Shown here: piece by piece, positions 49,560-59,866 of the stretch
Layout of the letters: each line of letters begins with the position of its first letter
How positions within the stretch are numbered: position 1 is the first letter of the stretch
Virus record (IMG/VR): IMGVR_UViG_3300045996_001403
Span: 1-59,962 of that record
From: a virus
Taxonomy: Duplodnaviria; Caudoviricetes
Reading direction: 5' to 3' (one strand)
Length of the DNA stretch: 59,962 nt
Position numbers and translations under genes: made by a program
The notes under the pieces: generated by a model
Databases searched by the model: none
Told to the model about the DNA's origin: nothing
What the model saw: only the letters and a program-made list of their open reading frames with translations

Positions 49560-50452
49560 CCAGCCCGAAGTGGCCAGTCGTCGGAGCCGAGGTCGTCGTG
49601 TGGTGCGAGGTCGACGGTGAGAAGTACCACCATGTGCGAGCCGGTCACGTCTACTGGGTCGGCCCGTCTTCGTTCACCGTCGTCCCCGGGGACGACCTGC
49701 ACTACGCCATTGACACCTGCTCCGCGTGGCAGGGATACGGACGGAACGCGGTGACATGGTGGGTGGTGCCAGCTGGCTCGGGCCGGGCCGCTGCCGCGTG
49801 GGCGGCCCAGGACAACCGGCGTCGCGCCGACAAGGCGGTGTGGGCGGTGTCCGACTGGATCAAGGCCCGGAGCAGGGAGACGCGTGAGCGCGCCATCCAG
49901 GCTCTACAGGCGATCGAGATGGACAGGGAAGACATGCTAATCGAAACCGAGGAGGCGTCGTGACCGAGCCCCCTTCCGCTCTCCTGGAAAGAGCGGCGGC
50001 CCTGATCCAGCAGCGGGCGGAGGCGATTCGCTCTCCGGAGTACTGGGACCGCGAGGTGCGCGGCGCGGACATGAGCGAGGCAGGCGCGGCTTGGGCGAAG
50101 TTGACTTCCCCCTCTGTCGCCCCTCCTCTCGTGGAGTGGCTGCGACGGTCGGCCGGTGACATCGAGGTTCACGTTGCCGCATGGCGGTCCACCAACGGGT
50201 ATCACCCGCCGCGCAGCGAGGAGGCGGTGGCACGGCTGGTTGAGCACCACTTCGGCCCCGCTCTCGCCTTCGCCCGCACCATCCTGGGTGAGCATCCCGC
50301 CCACGACTGGGTGTTCCCGTACGACGCCCATCCCGGTGCCCGGGAGTGCCGGACGTGCGGGGCGCACGACGACGCGGCGCCCTGCCGCTACCCGCATTGA
50401 ACTGCGAAAACTGCTAGAATCCACTGTGTACACCACGACCCGAGAGGCCATC

Positions 50453-50710
50453 ATGCTGAGCGTTCTGGACCGCCACCCCGCCGTGCAGGAGTTCGCGGCC
50501 ATGTTCGACTTCGGGCACCTGCCCGAGGGTCTGCCGCGGCGGGTGAGCGCCACGTTCCACGAGCAGGCGCAGGCCCTGATCGACCTCCTGCCGGACGGCC
50601 CCGGCCTGACGCGGGCCCTGCACCGCCTGTGGGAGTCGAAGAACGAGGCCGTGTTCCTCGCCGTGCGCACGGCGAAGGCCACTGCCACCGTGTCGGACCC
50701 GCGCGACTGA
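50453..50710 (+). CDS. Small helical-hairpin phage protein
   Basis: 'FDFGHLPEG..R.VS..F...LPDGP.LT..L..L.ESK..AV'; TAGAAT -10 and RBS upstream. Confidence 0.65.
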   Translation: MLSVLDRHPAVQEFAAMFDFGHLPEGLPRRVSATFHEQAQALIDLLPDGPGLTRALHRLWESKNEAVFLAVRTAKATATVSDPRD

Positions 50711-51885
50711 CCCCCTGTGTACGCCGCCACCTTGGAGGGCTCGATGTTCGACCCTGGCATGCCCTGCACCTGCCCCGGATGTGATGTGGTCGTGGACCTG
50801 AACGACATGGTCCGCGACCCACTCGACCCGACACGGGTCGGCCTGGTGTGCCCCTCGTGCGCAACCGAGCGTCGGCAGGAAGCGGACCCCGCCGCCGCGT
50901 ACATGCCCGGAGGTGAGGGGTGAGCCCCGAAGAGATCCTGACCGTCCTCAACGGCCTGGAGCCGGTGAACACGGACGACTGGGTGTTCTGCGTCATCACG
51001 CGCGGCTCCCGCGAGCACTACAACTCCCGTACCGGTCAGATCGAACCGCGCGACGAAGAGTCATGGTGGCCGTTCGAGAAGGGGGAGGTCGTCGTCCTCG
51101 ACGACGAGTACGGTCGTGAGCCGTTTGGAGAGGAGCGCAAGCCTTCGAAGTGGGACCTGGAGGTGGAGCACTTCGACTCGCTGGCGGACGCCGTTGCGTG
51201 TCGGGAGGCCGTGCTGGCGGGCACGTGGAAGGCGGACGGGTGAGCACCTCTGACCTCTCCTCTCGTCTCCTCGCAGCAATCGAAGAGACGGAACGACTGG
51301 CGGCGATCGCCAAAAGCAACACCGAGGGCGTATGGGGTCCAAGCACGTGGGCCGCGGCTGCGGCGTCGATCGCGCTCTACGACAAGTCCGGCAAGCTCGC
51401 GGTCGGCAGCGTGTCGCACATCGAGCACCACGACCCGGCCTCCGTCCTCCGTCGCTGCGCCGCCGACCGCCGACTCGTGAAGCGCTGCGCCGACGTGCTC
51501 TCCGCGAAGGGCTGGGAGTACGACGACACCCCGGACCTTACCCGGCGGGCTCTTGAGGATTTGGCCTCCGCCTACGGCCTCTCCGACCACCAGGAGGGCG
51601 AGGCATGAGCACCGTGGACATCGGAGAGTGCCGCGGGGACGAGGGCGACTACATCGCCGTCTACTACCAGCACGACTTTCGTCGTCACCAACATGCCGAG
51701 ACCCTGAACGAGGCTGTCGCTGGCCTGTGGTGGGGGAGTGATCAGAACCTGCTCTACCCGGTGGCCGTGCTCGGTCCGAGCGGAGAGGTTATCCACGGCG
51801 AAGGTACGGGCGACGGCGATGTGTACGACGCGATCGCCGCTTATGACGCCCGCATTGGCCGTCCCGACCACCAGGAGGGCGAAGA

Positions 51886-52695
51886 GTGAGCGACGCCGAG
51901 GCGACCATCGCGAGACGGGACCACCTCCACCCCGATGTGGAGGCGGAAGGCGCAGGCAAGGCAACGGCGGAGGCGTTGAAGTGCGACGAGGTCTGGACTG
52001 AGTGGCGCTTGGTGGGGCGACCCGAATCCGGCGGGCCAGTGTACGACCGTGTCGCGGTCGAGCCGAACGAGGTCGAGGAAATGCTCGACACCTGGGAGCG
52101 AATCAAGTCCGGCGAACTTGCCTGGCAGAACGCGAGCCTCAGCTCAAGGTTGGCCGTGGCGCTTCGCAGCGACTGGCAGGCCCCGAAGGTCGACCAGTTC
52201 GAACGCTGGCTGCCGATACCCGGGTTCGAAGGGCTCTACGTCGTAAGCGATCTCGGACGGGTCGCCTCCCTCAGACGCCGGTTGGTGATGACGCCGGGAG
52301 AAGTTGCCTATGGGTACGCGATGGGTATCAACCTGACGAAGAACGGCAGGACGGTGACGCACAACGTGCACAAGCTCGTCATGCTCGCGTTCGTGGGGCC
52401 CAGACCTAAGGGTATGCAGATCTGTCACAACGACGGCGACCCGAAGAACAACGCGCTGAGCAACCTGAGGTACGACACCCCTCAGGGGAACGCCGAAGAC
52501 AGCAAGCGACACGGCACGTCGTTCCACCTGAACAAGCGGCACTGCCCCAACGGGCATCTGTACGACGAGGCCAACACCTACATCAACAGCAAGGGTCACC
52601 GCTGTTGCAGGGAGTGCCAACGCACACAGGCGCGCCGTAAGTACCACCGTCGCAAGGCGGAGGGGCGTCCGCGCGTACGTCGTCCAGCAGCATGA
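51886..52695 (+). CDS. NUMOD4-HNH homing endonuclease with extra N-terminal domain
   Basis: 'ERWLPIPGFEGLYVVSDLGRV', 'VHKLVMLAFVGP..CHNDGDPKNN.LSNL', 'HCPNGH..NT..CREC'. Confidence 0.88.
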   Translation: MSDAEATIARRDHLHPDVEAEGAGKATAEALKCDEVWTEWRLVGRPESGGPVYDRVAVEPNEVEEMLDTWERIKSGELAWQNASLSSRLAVALRSDWQAPKVDQFERWLPIPGFEGLYVVSDLGRVASLRRRLVMTPGEVAYGYAMGINLTKNGRTVTHNVHKLVMLAFVGPRPKGMQICHNDGDPKNNALSNLRYDTPQGNAEDSKRHGTSFHLNKRHCPNGHLYDEANTYINSKGHRCCRECQRTQARRKYHRRKAEGRPRVRRPAA

Positions 52696-52775
52696 AGGCT
52701 CTGACCTGCTGACTTGCTTTAGCTTGTACAGAGGTCATGATTACCCGTACAGCCACAGTGGACCGGGAGGCATCC

Positions 52776-53705
52776 GTGCAGGACTTCGTTCCCTCGTGCG
52801 TCGTCTGTGGCGCGGTCTCCGGGCGGCCCCTGTGTGGCAGCGAACGGGCCCTCACCGGGTGCCTCGGGAAGCTCCTCCGCGAGTTGGGCCGCATCACCGA
52901 CCTGGTGGAGGAGCTGGACACCACCATCGCCCGCCTGGACAAGACCGGCGGTGGCTCGGTCGGGTACGTCAGCAACGGCGCCGACGAGAAGCCCTTGCCG
53001 ATCAACATGGCCGCGACCGAGCCCAAGCTTCTCCTGCGCGACCGGCTGATCTCGTGGTGTCGGGACCTGTGGGAGACCAACGCCGCCCGCAACGAGGACG
53101 GCTCGGTGCCCCCGCTGGACCTCCGGTTCGGTGTGGCCCCCGCCGCCCTGTGGCTGCTGCGCCACCCCTCGTGGATCGCCTCCCACGAAGCCGTCTACGA
53201 GCTGTACGACGAAGTCATGGAGACGACCCGCCTCGCGTGGCGCGCAGTGGACACCGCCCCCGACCGGGTCTACATCGGCACCTGCTCCGCCCCGCTCGCC
53301 GCGGAGTCCGGAACGGAGCAGTGTGCGGAGGAGCTGTACGCCCGCGACGGAGACTGGGAGAAGCGCTGCCCGGGATGCGGAACCATCCACGACGTGCGGG
53401 AGCGCCAGGCCGCTCTTGCCGCCGCCGTAGAGCACCAGTACGTGTCCCCGGGCTTCCTGGTGGGCCTCGTCCGCGACCGGGGAGACCGGCTCACCACGGC
53501 CATGCTGCGCAGCCTTCTGCGCCGGGGCAGGATCGCCGCTTTCGTCCACCTCGACGAGAACCACCCGGGCGCGGGGGTGCTGGACCGGCATGGCTGGCTG
53601 GTCCGCCCATGGGTGTCCGGCCAGGACCCGGTCGACGTCCGCCTGTACCGGGTGGGGCAGGTGCTGGACGCGATCACCAACCGGTATTCGAGGCAGGCCG
53701 CGTAA
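52776..53705 (+). CDS. Putative late-gene activator (Zn ribbon plus C-terminal wHTH)
   Basis: 'YIGTC..C..ELYA..CPGCG', 'LYRVGQVLD'; last early gene before a consensus promoter; RBS GGAGG (upstream ATG at 52737 also possible). Confidence 0.55.
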   Translation: MQDFVPSCVVCGAVSGRPLCGSERALTGCLGKLLRELGRITDLVEELDTTIARLDKTGGGSVGYVSNGADEKPLPINMAATEPKLLLRDRLISWCRDLWETNAARNEDGSVPPLDLRFGVAPAALWLLRHPSWIASHEAVYELYDEVMETTRLAWRAVDTAPDRVYIGTCSAPLAAESGTEQCAEELYARDGDWEKRCPGCGTIHDVRERQAALAAAVEHQYVSPGFLVGLVRDRGDRLTTAMLRSLLRRGRIAAFVHLDENHPGAGVLDRHGWLVRPWVSGQDPVDVRLYRVGQVLDAITNRYSRQAA

Positions 53706-53713
53706 CCCCCGAG

Positions 53714-53742
53714 TTGACACGGCGAAAGTGAACGCCTAGATT
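53714..53742 (+). promoter_or_regulatory. Consensus housekeeping-sigma promoter TTGACA-17-TAGATT
   Basis: Read directly; precedes the non-coding leader and tRNA. Confidence 0.75.
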
Positions 53743-53982
53743 TCCTAGTGTCGGGTTTCATGTCGAGCGACACCGCTTGCGAAGCCCGCGTCGGAACCTT
53801 GCAGACGGGAGCCGCCCCCGGGCCGCTCCCGTCTTCGCGTTCCGACCCTTCTCGTCCACTGCCTGCCAGACACACGTCTCCGCGGTCTCCTGACCGACTC
53901 ATGACACACCTGGGCACGCGCAGTGGCACCACCCGCTCGACGTGCGGAGGCCCCGGCTTCCGGCGCGCCACGTCGAGCACAC

Positions 53983-54066
53983 GGAAGATGGCGGCGCTGG
54001 TGCGCCAAACCGGTTGCTAGCCGGTCGCCGGGTTAATGCCCGAGGGTTCGACTCCTTCATCTTCCT
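53983..54066 (+). tRNA. Non-canonical tRNA-Ser(GCT) with 8/4 (or 7/5) fold and long variable arm
   Basis: GGAAGATG/CATCTTCC acceptor; GGCGC-TGGT-GCGCC D-arm; ACCGG-TTGCTAG-CCGGT anticodon arm; CGGG..CCCG variable arm; AGGG-TTCGACT-CCTT T-arm. Confidence 0.85.
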
Positions 54067-54493
54067 CGGAGGCGCGTCCATCACGGGCGCGCCTACCCAA
54101 AACTGCGGGGTGCGAGAGCCCCGCGGATCCGGCCACGACCCCTTGAGCGCTGGCGGCGGCGATGCGCTCGGGGTCGTGGCCCCCTAACGTTCGGGAGGTG
54201 CGGTGAGCGCGGCGCGCAAGCGAAGGAAGCTCAGTAAGTCCCACCTCACATGGGAGAACCCATACACGGGCGAGAAGCAGTACACCTCGGGCAAGGGTGC
54301 GGTGTTCGCAGCCCGCTTCGATCGCCTGTGGAACAAGCGCAAGCTGTCCGATCCGTCCTACCTGACGGGACGGTCGTTGGCGAATGCTCCGGTGAAGTAC
54401 TCGCGCTGCCCCACCTGCGCAGGAGCGCCGCATCACCCGCCGTCGTTCTTCATGGCACGCTGAGCCTCGCCGCCCGACTCTGAGGGGGTGTCC

Positions 54494-54721
54494 ATGTCCC
54501 TCGCCTCCGCTCTCGGCACGCCCCCGACCCGTCGTCGGGACTGCAAGGTCAAGGACATCGTCGACCAGCTCGCCCCCGAGGACCGCGAGATCCTGAACCG
54601 AGCCTGGAGCACGCACTCCGCCGACGCCATCGCCAAGGCCTTGACCGAGGATGGCCATCCTGTCGCCGCGTCTACTGTGACCCGGCATCGTCTGGGTCGG
54701 TGTAGCTGTGCCGCTCGGTGA
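54494..54721 (+). CDS. Small Cys/His HTH-like protein coupled to the phosphoesterase
   Basis: 'DCKV..IAKAL..TVTRHRLGRCSC'. Confidence 0.6.
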   Translation: MSLASALGTPPTRRRDCKVKDIVDQLAPEDREILNRAWSTHSADAIAKALTEDGHPVAASTVTRHRLGRCSCAAR

Positions 54722-55904
54722 GCGCCTGGCGCAGCCGGTGCAGCCGGACGCCCGCCGCCCCCGTCGAGGTCATCCTCGCGGTGACGAGCTGGACGTCCGC
54801 TACGACGCCGCCAAGGGCGTGGTGGAAGTCGAAGGCCGCGAGACCGTGGTGCCGATCGGCGCCGAAGAGGCTCAGTGGCGCGCGGACATCACCCGCGTCA
54901 CGGGCTTCGCCATCCCCGACCACCGCCGGGTGGAACTGACCGACGTCCGCCGCTGGGGAGACCCGGCGGAGCCGTACGTGTACTGCCGCTACCGCATCGT
55001 GGACCGCGAGTCCGAGGGCGAGCGGCTGGACGTCGAAGACCTGGTGTGCGCGGTCAAGGCCGTGCGACGCAAGACCGCCCCGGTACCCGTGGGTACCGAG
55101 CGGGCGCTGATCGTCCCCTGGGCCGATCTCCAGGTGGGCAAGGTCGGCTCCCGAGGTGACTCCGAAGACCTCGTGAACCGGGTGCTAGAGAAGCTCGACG
55201 CCCTGGAGGCCCACGCCCGCGCGGTGAAGGCCGACACGGCGTACCTGATCGACGTGGGCGACTGCGTCGAGTCGTTCGAGAACACCCCGCAACAGGGCTT
55301 CACCAACGACCTCAGCTTCCCCGAACAGCTGCGCCTCGCGCGCCGGTTGTTCACCGAGGCCGCTCTCCGCCTGTCGAAGCTCCACTCCCGGGTGGTGTGC
55401 GCCGCGGTGCCGTCCAACCACGGGCGCTGGAGGCGCGGCAAGGACGCCCTCGGCAAGCCGGGGGATGACTACGGCATCGAGACCCTGACGGCGGTGGCGG
55501 ACGCGTTCGCGCTCAACCCCGACGCGCTCGGTCACGTGTCCTTCGTGGTGCCGGGCGTGTGGGAGGAGTCGTTGACGCTGGACGTGTACGGCACCCTGCT
55601 GGGTGTGGTGCACGGCCACCAGGTCAACCGCCCCGAACGCCTCGCCTCCTGGTGGGCGGGACAGGCCCACGGCGGCCAGCCGGTCGCGGACGCGGACATT
55701 CTGCTGAGTGGTCACTTCCACCACCTGTGGGTCACGGCAACGGGCAGGTCGGCGCACACGGGCCGTTCGAAGTGGCTCATGCAGGCGCCCACGCTCGACA
55801 ACGGGTCGGACTGGTACCGGCTCCGCTCGGGCCACGACTCCGACCCGGCCCTGATGGTGTTCACCGTGGACGCCAACGGCTGGGACGGCCTCAAGCTCCT
55901 CTAG
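54708..55904 (+). CDS. Calcineurin-like metallophosphoesterase
   Basis: 'ADLQVGK', 'VGDCVE', 'SNHG', 'HGHQ', 'GHFHH'. Confidence 0.85.
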   Translation: MPLGERLAQPVQPDARRPRRGHPRGDELDVRYDAAKGVVEVEGRETVVPIGAEEAQWRADITRVTGFAIPDHRRVELTDVRRWGDPAEPYVYCRYRIVDRESEGERLDVEDLVCAVKAVRRKTAPVPVGTERALIVPWADLQVGKVGSRGDSEDLVNRVLEKLDALEAHARAVKADTAYLIDVGDCVESFENTPQQGFTNDLSFPEQLRLARRLFTEAALRLSKLHSRVVCAAVPSNHGRWRRGKDALGKPGDDYGIETLTAVADAFALNPDALGHVSFVVPGVWEESLTLDVYGTLLGVVHGHQVNRPERLASWWAGQAHGGQPVADADILLSGHFHHLWVTATGRSAHTGRSKWLMQAPTLDNGSDWYRLRSGHDSDPALMVFTVDANGWDGLKLL

Positions 55905-56600
55905 GACCGGAGGCCCCGCCGTGCGCCTGTCCATCAGCCTGCTCGGTACCGAGCTACTGGCCATCGAGTGGGGCGAGCCCGTGCTGGAACTGGTGCAGCC
56001 CGAGGCCGACCACATGGGCGGCTCGTTCGACGTGCCGTTCGGGTTCACCTCGCCGCCTGCGATCGCGCCCCGTCCGGCGTGGTCCCCGACCGAGGAGGAC
56101 TGATGGCCGCCGCCTATCGGTGCGAAGCGTGCGAAAGCATCCCCGATTGGGACTTGGAGCGTTACGGTGACGCCGTCGCCTCCTGGGCCTGCCACGCTCA
56201 CTTGCCTGGCGTGCTGCGCGACTTGCAGCGCAAGTTCGAGATCACCGAGATCTCGGTGAAGCCTTCCCGCCGCTCGATTCGGGTGTACCGGCGCGACGAT
56301 GGGCAGTGGTGCTCGAAGTGCTTCCGCTGCCGTGAGTGGCTCACCAAGGGTGAGTCGACGTGGGCGGCAGCGTCCGTCGTGGCCTATTTCCACGCCGTCC
56401 TGTGGCACGCCACGGTGGAGGTCGCCCGGTGACCGCCTTCCTCGCCGCCCCCGAGCACCGCGTGGTTCTCTACACCGGCTCCCCGTTCCCCGTGGAGGCC
56501 CGCCCACCCCTGCCTCGCGCCCCGGAGACGTGGTGCGACCACCGGCCATCGTGGGGCGCCCACGGACTGAGGTTCGTCGAGCCGACGAGCGAGGTTCCCG

Positions 56601-57284
56601 ATGACGGACTACAGCCTCTGGCCCGACGCTGACGGTCCCGCGTCCGGCTCTGCTGACGCGTCGGTGGTGTTGGGCACCGAGTTCTACGTCACCGCCCAGG
56701 CGTGGTTGAAGGCGTTGACGTTCTGGCGTGCCGACACGACCATCACCGGCCCTGTGACGGGTCGGGTGTACACGCGTGTCGACGCCCCCGCAACCAATGA
56801 TCCCCTCGCGGGCAGTGACATCAGCTTCGCCCTGTCCGGCACGGGCGAGCAGGTGGCCCTGCTGGACGCTCCGGTGGAGCTGACCGTGAACCAGCGCTAC
56901 GTCGCGGCCTGCCTGTTCCCTTCCGGCTACTCCGCCACGGGCGGCTACTGGCGCAGCGGTGACGGTTCCTCGGGGATCGTGAACGGCCCGCTTCGGGCAC
57001 CATCGGAATCCACCGCCACCGCGAACGCCCAGGGGCTCTACCTGTACACCACCACGCTCACCTTCCCCCTGAACGCCTCTCCGAACGGCGCCAGCTACTG
57101 GGTCGGCGTCATCGTCACCGACGAGGAACCCGGAGAGGGTGGTCCGGAGTCGCCGGAGACGCCGCCGGACGAGACGTTCGCGGCCGGTCCGCTGCGCACG
57201 CCGTGGACCGTGTCCCGCGTCCACTCCACGTGGTCCGCCGGCCCCTTGTCCGCCCCGTGGTCCGCTGGCCGGCTCCGCACCTAG
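56601..57284 (+). CDS. DUF4082-like beta-sandwich protein
   Basis: 'LGTEFYV..LTFWR', 'PVELTVNQRYVA', 'FP...SYWVGV'. Confidence 0.6.
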   Translation: MTDYSLWPDADGPASGSADASVVLGTEFYVTAQAWLKALTFWRADTTITGPVTGRVYTRVDAPATNDPLAGSDISFALSGTGEQVALLDAPVELTVNQRYVAACLFPSGYSATGGYWRSGDGSSGIVNGPLRAPSESTATANAQGLYLYTTTLTFPLNASPNGASYWVGVIVTDEEPGEGGPESPETPPDETFAAGPLRTPWTVSRVHSTWSAGPLSAPWSAGRLRT

Positions 57285-57293
57285 GAGGCCTCG

Positions 57294-57617
57294 GTGGACG
57301 TTTACGTGGACCGCGACTCCAAGCAGTACATCGGGGTGACGGTGGCCTACTCGTTGCTCTCGGGCGGCACCAGTTCGCCTACGGGCTACACGGTGACCGT
57401 GGCGGTGGTGCCTTCGGGCACGCGCCCCGCTTCCGGCGACTTCAAGACGGCCTCGTGGTCGTCGGGTAGCAACGGCTACGTGGCAGGCCTGCTGGTGGGT
57501 CCTGGTTCGTCCGTGGGCGGCCTGACGGTCGGTGCCCGGTACGACGTGTACGCCAAGGTGTCTGCGGACGCTGAGACGCCTGTCATCAAGAGTCCGGATA
57601 CGCTGGTGGTCCGCTGA
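57294..57617 (+). CDS. Small beta-rich putative virion protein
   Basis: RBS AGGAGG; 'GLLVGPG..YDVYAKV..ETPV'. Confidence 0.6.
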   Translation: MDVYVDRDSKQYIGVTVAYSLLSGGTSSPTGYTVTVAVVPSGTRPASGDFKTASWSSGSNGYVAGLLVGPGSSVGGLTVGARYDVYAKVSADAETPVIKSPDTLVVR

Positions 57618-57840
57618 TGGCTGCGACCTGTCCGGCAACGTTGGCGCACACCCATGGCACCACGACGTGTCGCCTGCCTACTGGTCACGATGGCGGGCCA
57701 CACGAAGGCGTCTGCCACGTTTGCCGCGAAGACGGCGCGGACCCGGAGGACAGCATCCTCACATGGGCCGCCATGCAAGGCGACTGGCTCACCGGGCCGG
57801 CTCGCTGACCCCGCACACCCCTTCCGCCGAGGAGTGCACG

Positions 57841-59473
57841 ATGGATCTGTTGCAGTTCACCGCCATGGACTACTGGCTGGGCTTCGGGTCGCTCGTCGCG
57901 CTGACGATCGACCGGTGGGCGCGGGGCGACTGGATGCCCGTCCACAGCGAGCACGTTCCCACGGACTTCGCCTCGCTCACCATCAACAACGTCCCCATCG
58001 AAGTGCTGTACGGGCCGGACGCGGTGCGTCACCCGTACAAGCTGAGCGAGCCGGACGAGACCCCACCGGCGCTGCTCGAACAGACAGCGATCTTCACCCC
58101 GCCTCCGGCCGGCTACTTCAACGCCGACCTCGCGCTCTGGAAGGCTGCCGACCGCCTCGCAGCCCGAACCGCCCAGCCCGATCCGCTCCGGATCATCACC
58201 GGCCTCTGACGCGGAGGTGGCCCATGTGGGAGCGTCGTTGGTCGGCCTTCCTCGCCGCCTGCACCGTCGGGTTCGCCGTGCTGGAGTGGCTGGGCTTGCG
58301 TTCCCGCAACCGGGGCGGCCCGAACGGCACCCTGACCCACTTCGTGCGCCGGGCGCTCCACATCGACCCCGTGGGGCCGCGCCACCGGGCGGGCAAGGCG
58401 GCGCTGGTGGCCTTCCTCGCCTGGCTGGCCATCCACTTCCTCACCGGTCGCTGGCCGTCGTAACCAAGATCGAACTATCGGTGAACGCGCAGGTCGCACC
58501 CGTACCCGCAAGTAACAAGTGGGGTGGCCATGCTCAGCACCGAGGACCGCATCGCCAACCTCCTCCTCGCCATCGCCAACGCGGACAGCCTCATCACCTG
58601 GGCACTCGACACGGACGACCAAGCGCTGTTCACCGCCCAGGTCGAACGCCGCCGCCAGTGCCGCGCTGTCCTCTCCCGCCTGCAGGAGTCACCGCCGTGA
58701 CCGACGCCTTCTTCGGGCTGCCCGCCTGCCGCTGGACGGGCACCAACCGCGACGAGATGCGCGAGTTCACCCTCCTCCCGGGCCGCAACGTCCAGGCCCT
58801 GTTCGCCACCGATGGCGCCCACGGCATCCACACCGCCCGCGGTCCTCAGCCGCTGTGGATCGGGGACGTGGTGGTCCGCAATGAGCGCGACCAATTCCTG
58901 ATCGTCCCGGCCGACGTCGTCGCAGCCGTCAACGCCTGAGCCTCTACCTGTTCAACCGTGGAGCCGCCGCCATGAGCACCGAAGACCGGACATCCCGCAA
59001 GCTTCGCATCCGCTCCGACGGGACGGGTCCGGGTACCACGATCGAGGCCGTGCCGCAGGATGGCTCCGCTCCGGTCCGCCTGGACAACGTCCTGTCGGCC
59101 ACCTGGACCGCCCGCTGGGACGAGCTGGCCACCGCAACCCTGACGTTCGTCGATGTCGAGGTGGACGTTACCGGCGAGGAGAAGCAGTGAGCGGCGTCTT
59201 CTTCGGACTGCCAGCCTTTCGCCGGTAGGGCGCCGACCACACTGGACCGAGTGCCTTCGTCACCCCACTCGGAACGGAGAGCCCGTGATGCGTCGAAGTG
59301 AACGCCTCTACTTTCGGTACATCAACCCGTGGTGGTTACGGTTCGGGATGCTGCTCAAGCGGATTGGCTGCCGCATCGTGCTGGGCAAGGGGCACAGGCT
59401 GGTCGACCCGCAGCCCTACATGGACGAGGGGCTCCTCGTCTGCCATGGCTGCGGCCACACGGTCCTGTTCTAA
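57841..59473 (+). other. Cluster of small hypothetical genes (e.g. 57841-58209, 58224-58463 membrane, 58698-58939, 58972-59190)
   Basis: Co-oriented short ORFs, most with RBSs. Confidence 0.55.
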
Positions 59474-59485
59474 CCTTGACTGGAG

Positions 59486-59830
59486 GTGCGCGTGGTCAAC
59501 CGCCCCTGCCTCGACTGCGGCACCCTCACCCCCAAGACCCGCTGCCCCTCCTGTAGCTCCGCCCACAACCGGGAGCGGGACCAGCGCCGCGGCAGCGCCA
59601 CCGAGCGGGGATACGGCCACGCCTACCGGGTGCGCCGGGCACAGGCCCTGGAAGGCGCCACCCACTGCCGCACCTGCGGTCAACCGTTCAGCGAGTCCAA
59701 CCCTGCGACGGGTGGACACGTCGTCCCCCTGCGGTCCCTGCCGCGACACGAGCGCAGGGCAAGCGCGGCCACTGCACAGGTAGTGCCCGAGTGTCAAGCC
59801 TGCAACTACGGCAATCGGGTGAACTTGTGA
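59486..59830 (+). CDS. Terminase-associated HNH-type endonuclease
   Basis: 'RPCLDCG..RCPSC..RGSATERGYG..HCRTCG..GHVVP..CQACN'; just before terS on the circular map. Confidence 0.8.
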   Translation: MRVVNRPCLDCGTLTPKTRCPSCSSAHNRERDQRRGSATERGYGHAYRVRRAQALEGATHCRTCGQPFSESNPATGGHVVPLRSLPRHERRASAATAQVVPECQACNYGNRVNL

Positions 59831-59866
59831 CCCCGGTCGGTAGGGGCGCAGTGATCCACTCCGGCG

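Noticed and set aside
54009-54025. Amber suppressor (CUA) or selenocysteine reading of the tRNA
   Set aside because: The 7-nt loop TTGCTAG centres on GCT with U33 and A37; CTA is off-register and there is no TCA.
54066-54130. Theta/HDV-like ribozyme 3' of the tRNA
   Set aside because: Only simple hairpins; I could not build the nested double pseudoknot.
59190-59286. Structured ncRNA in an intergenic gap
   Set aside because: Two modest stems only, expected at this GC content; no recognisable motif.
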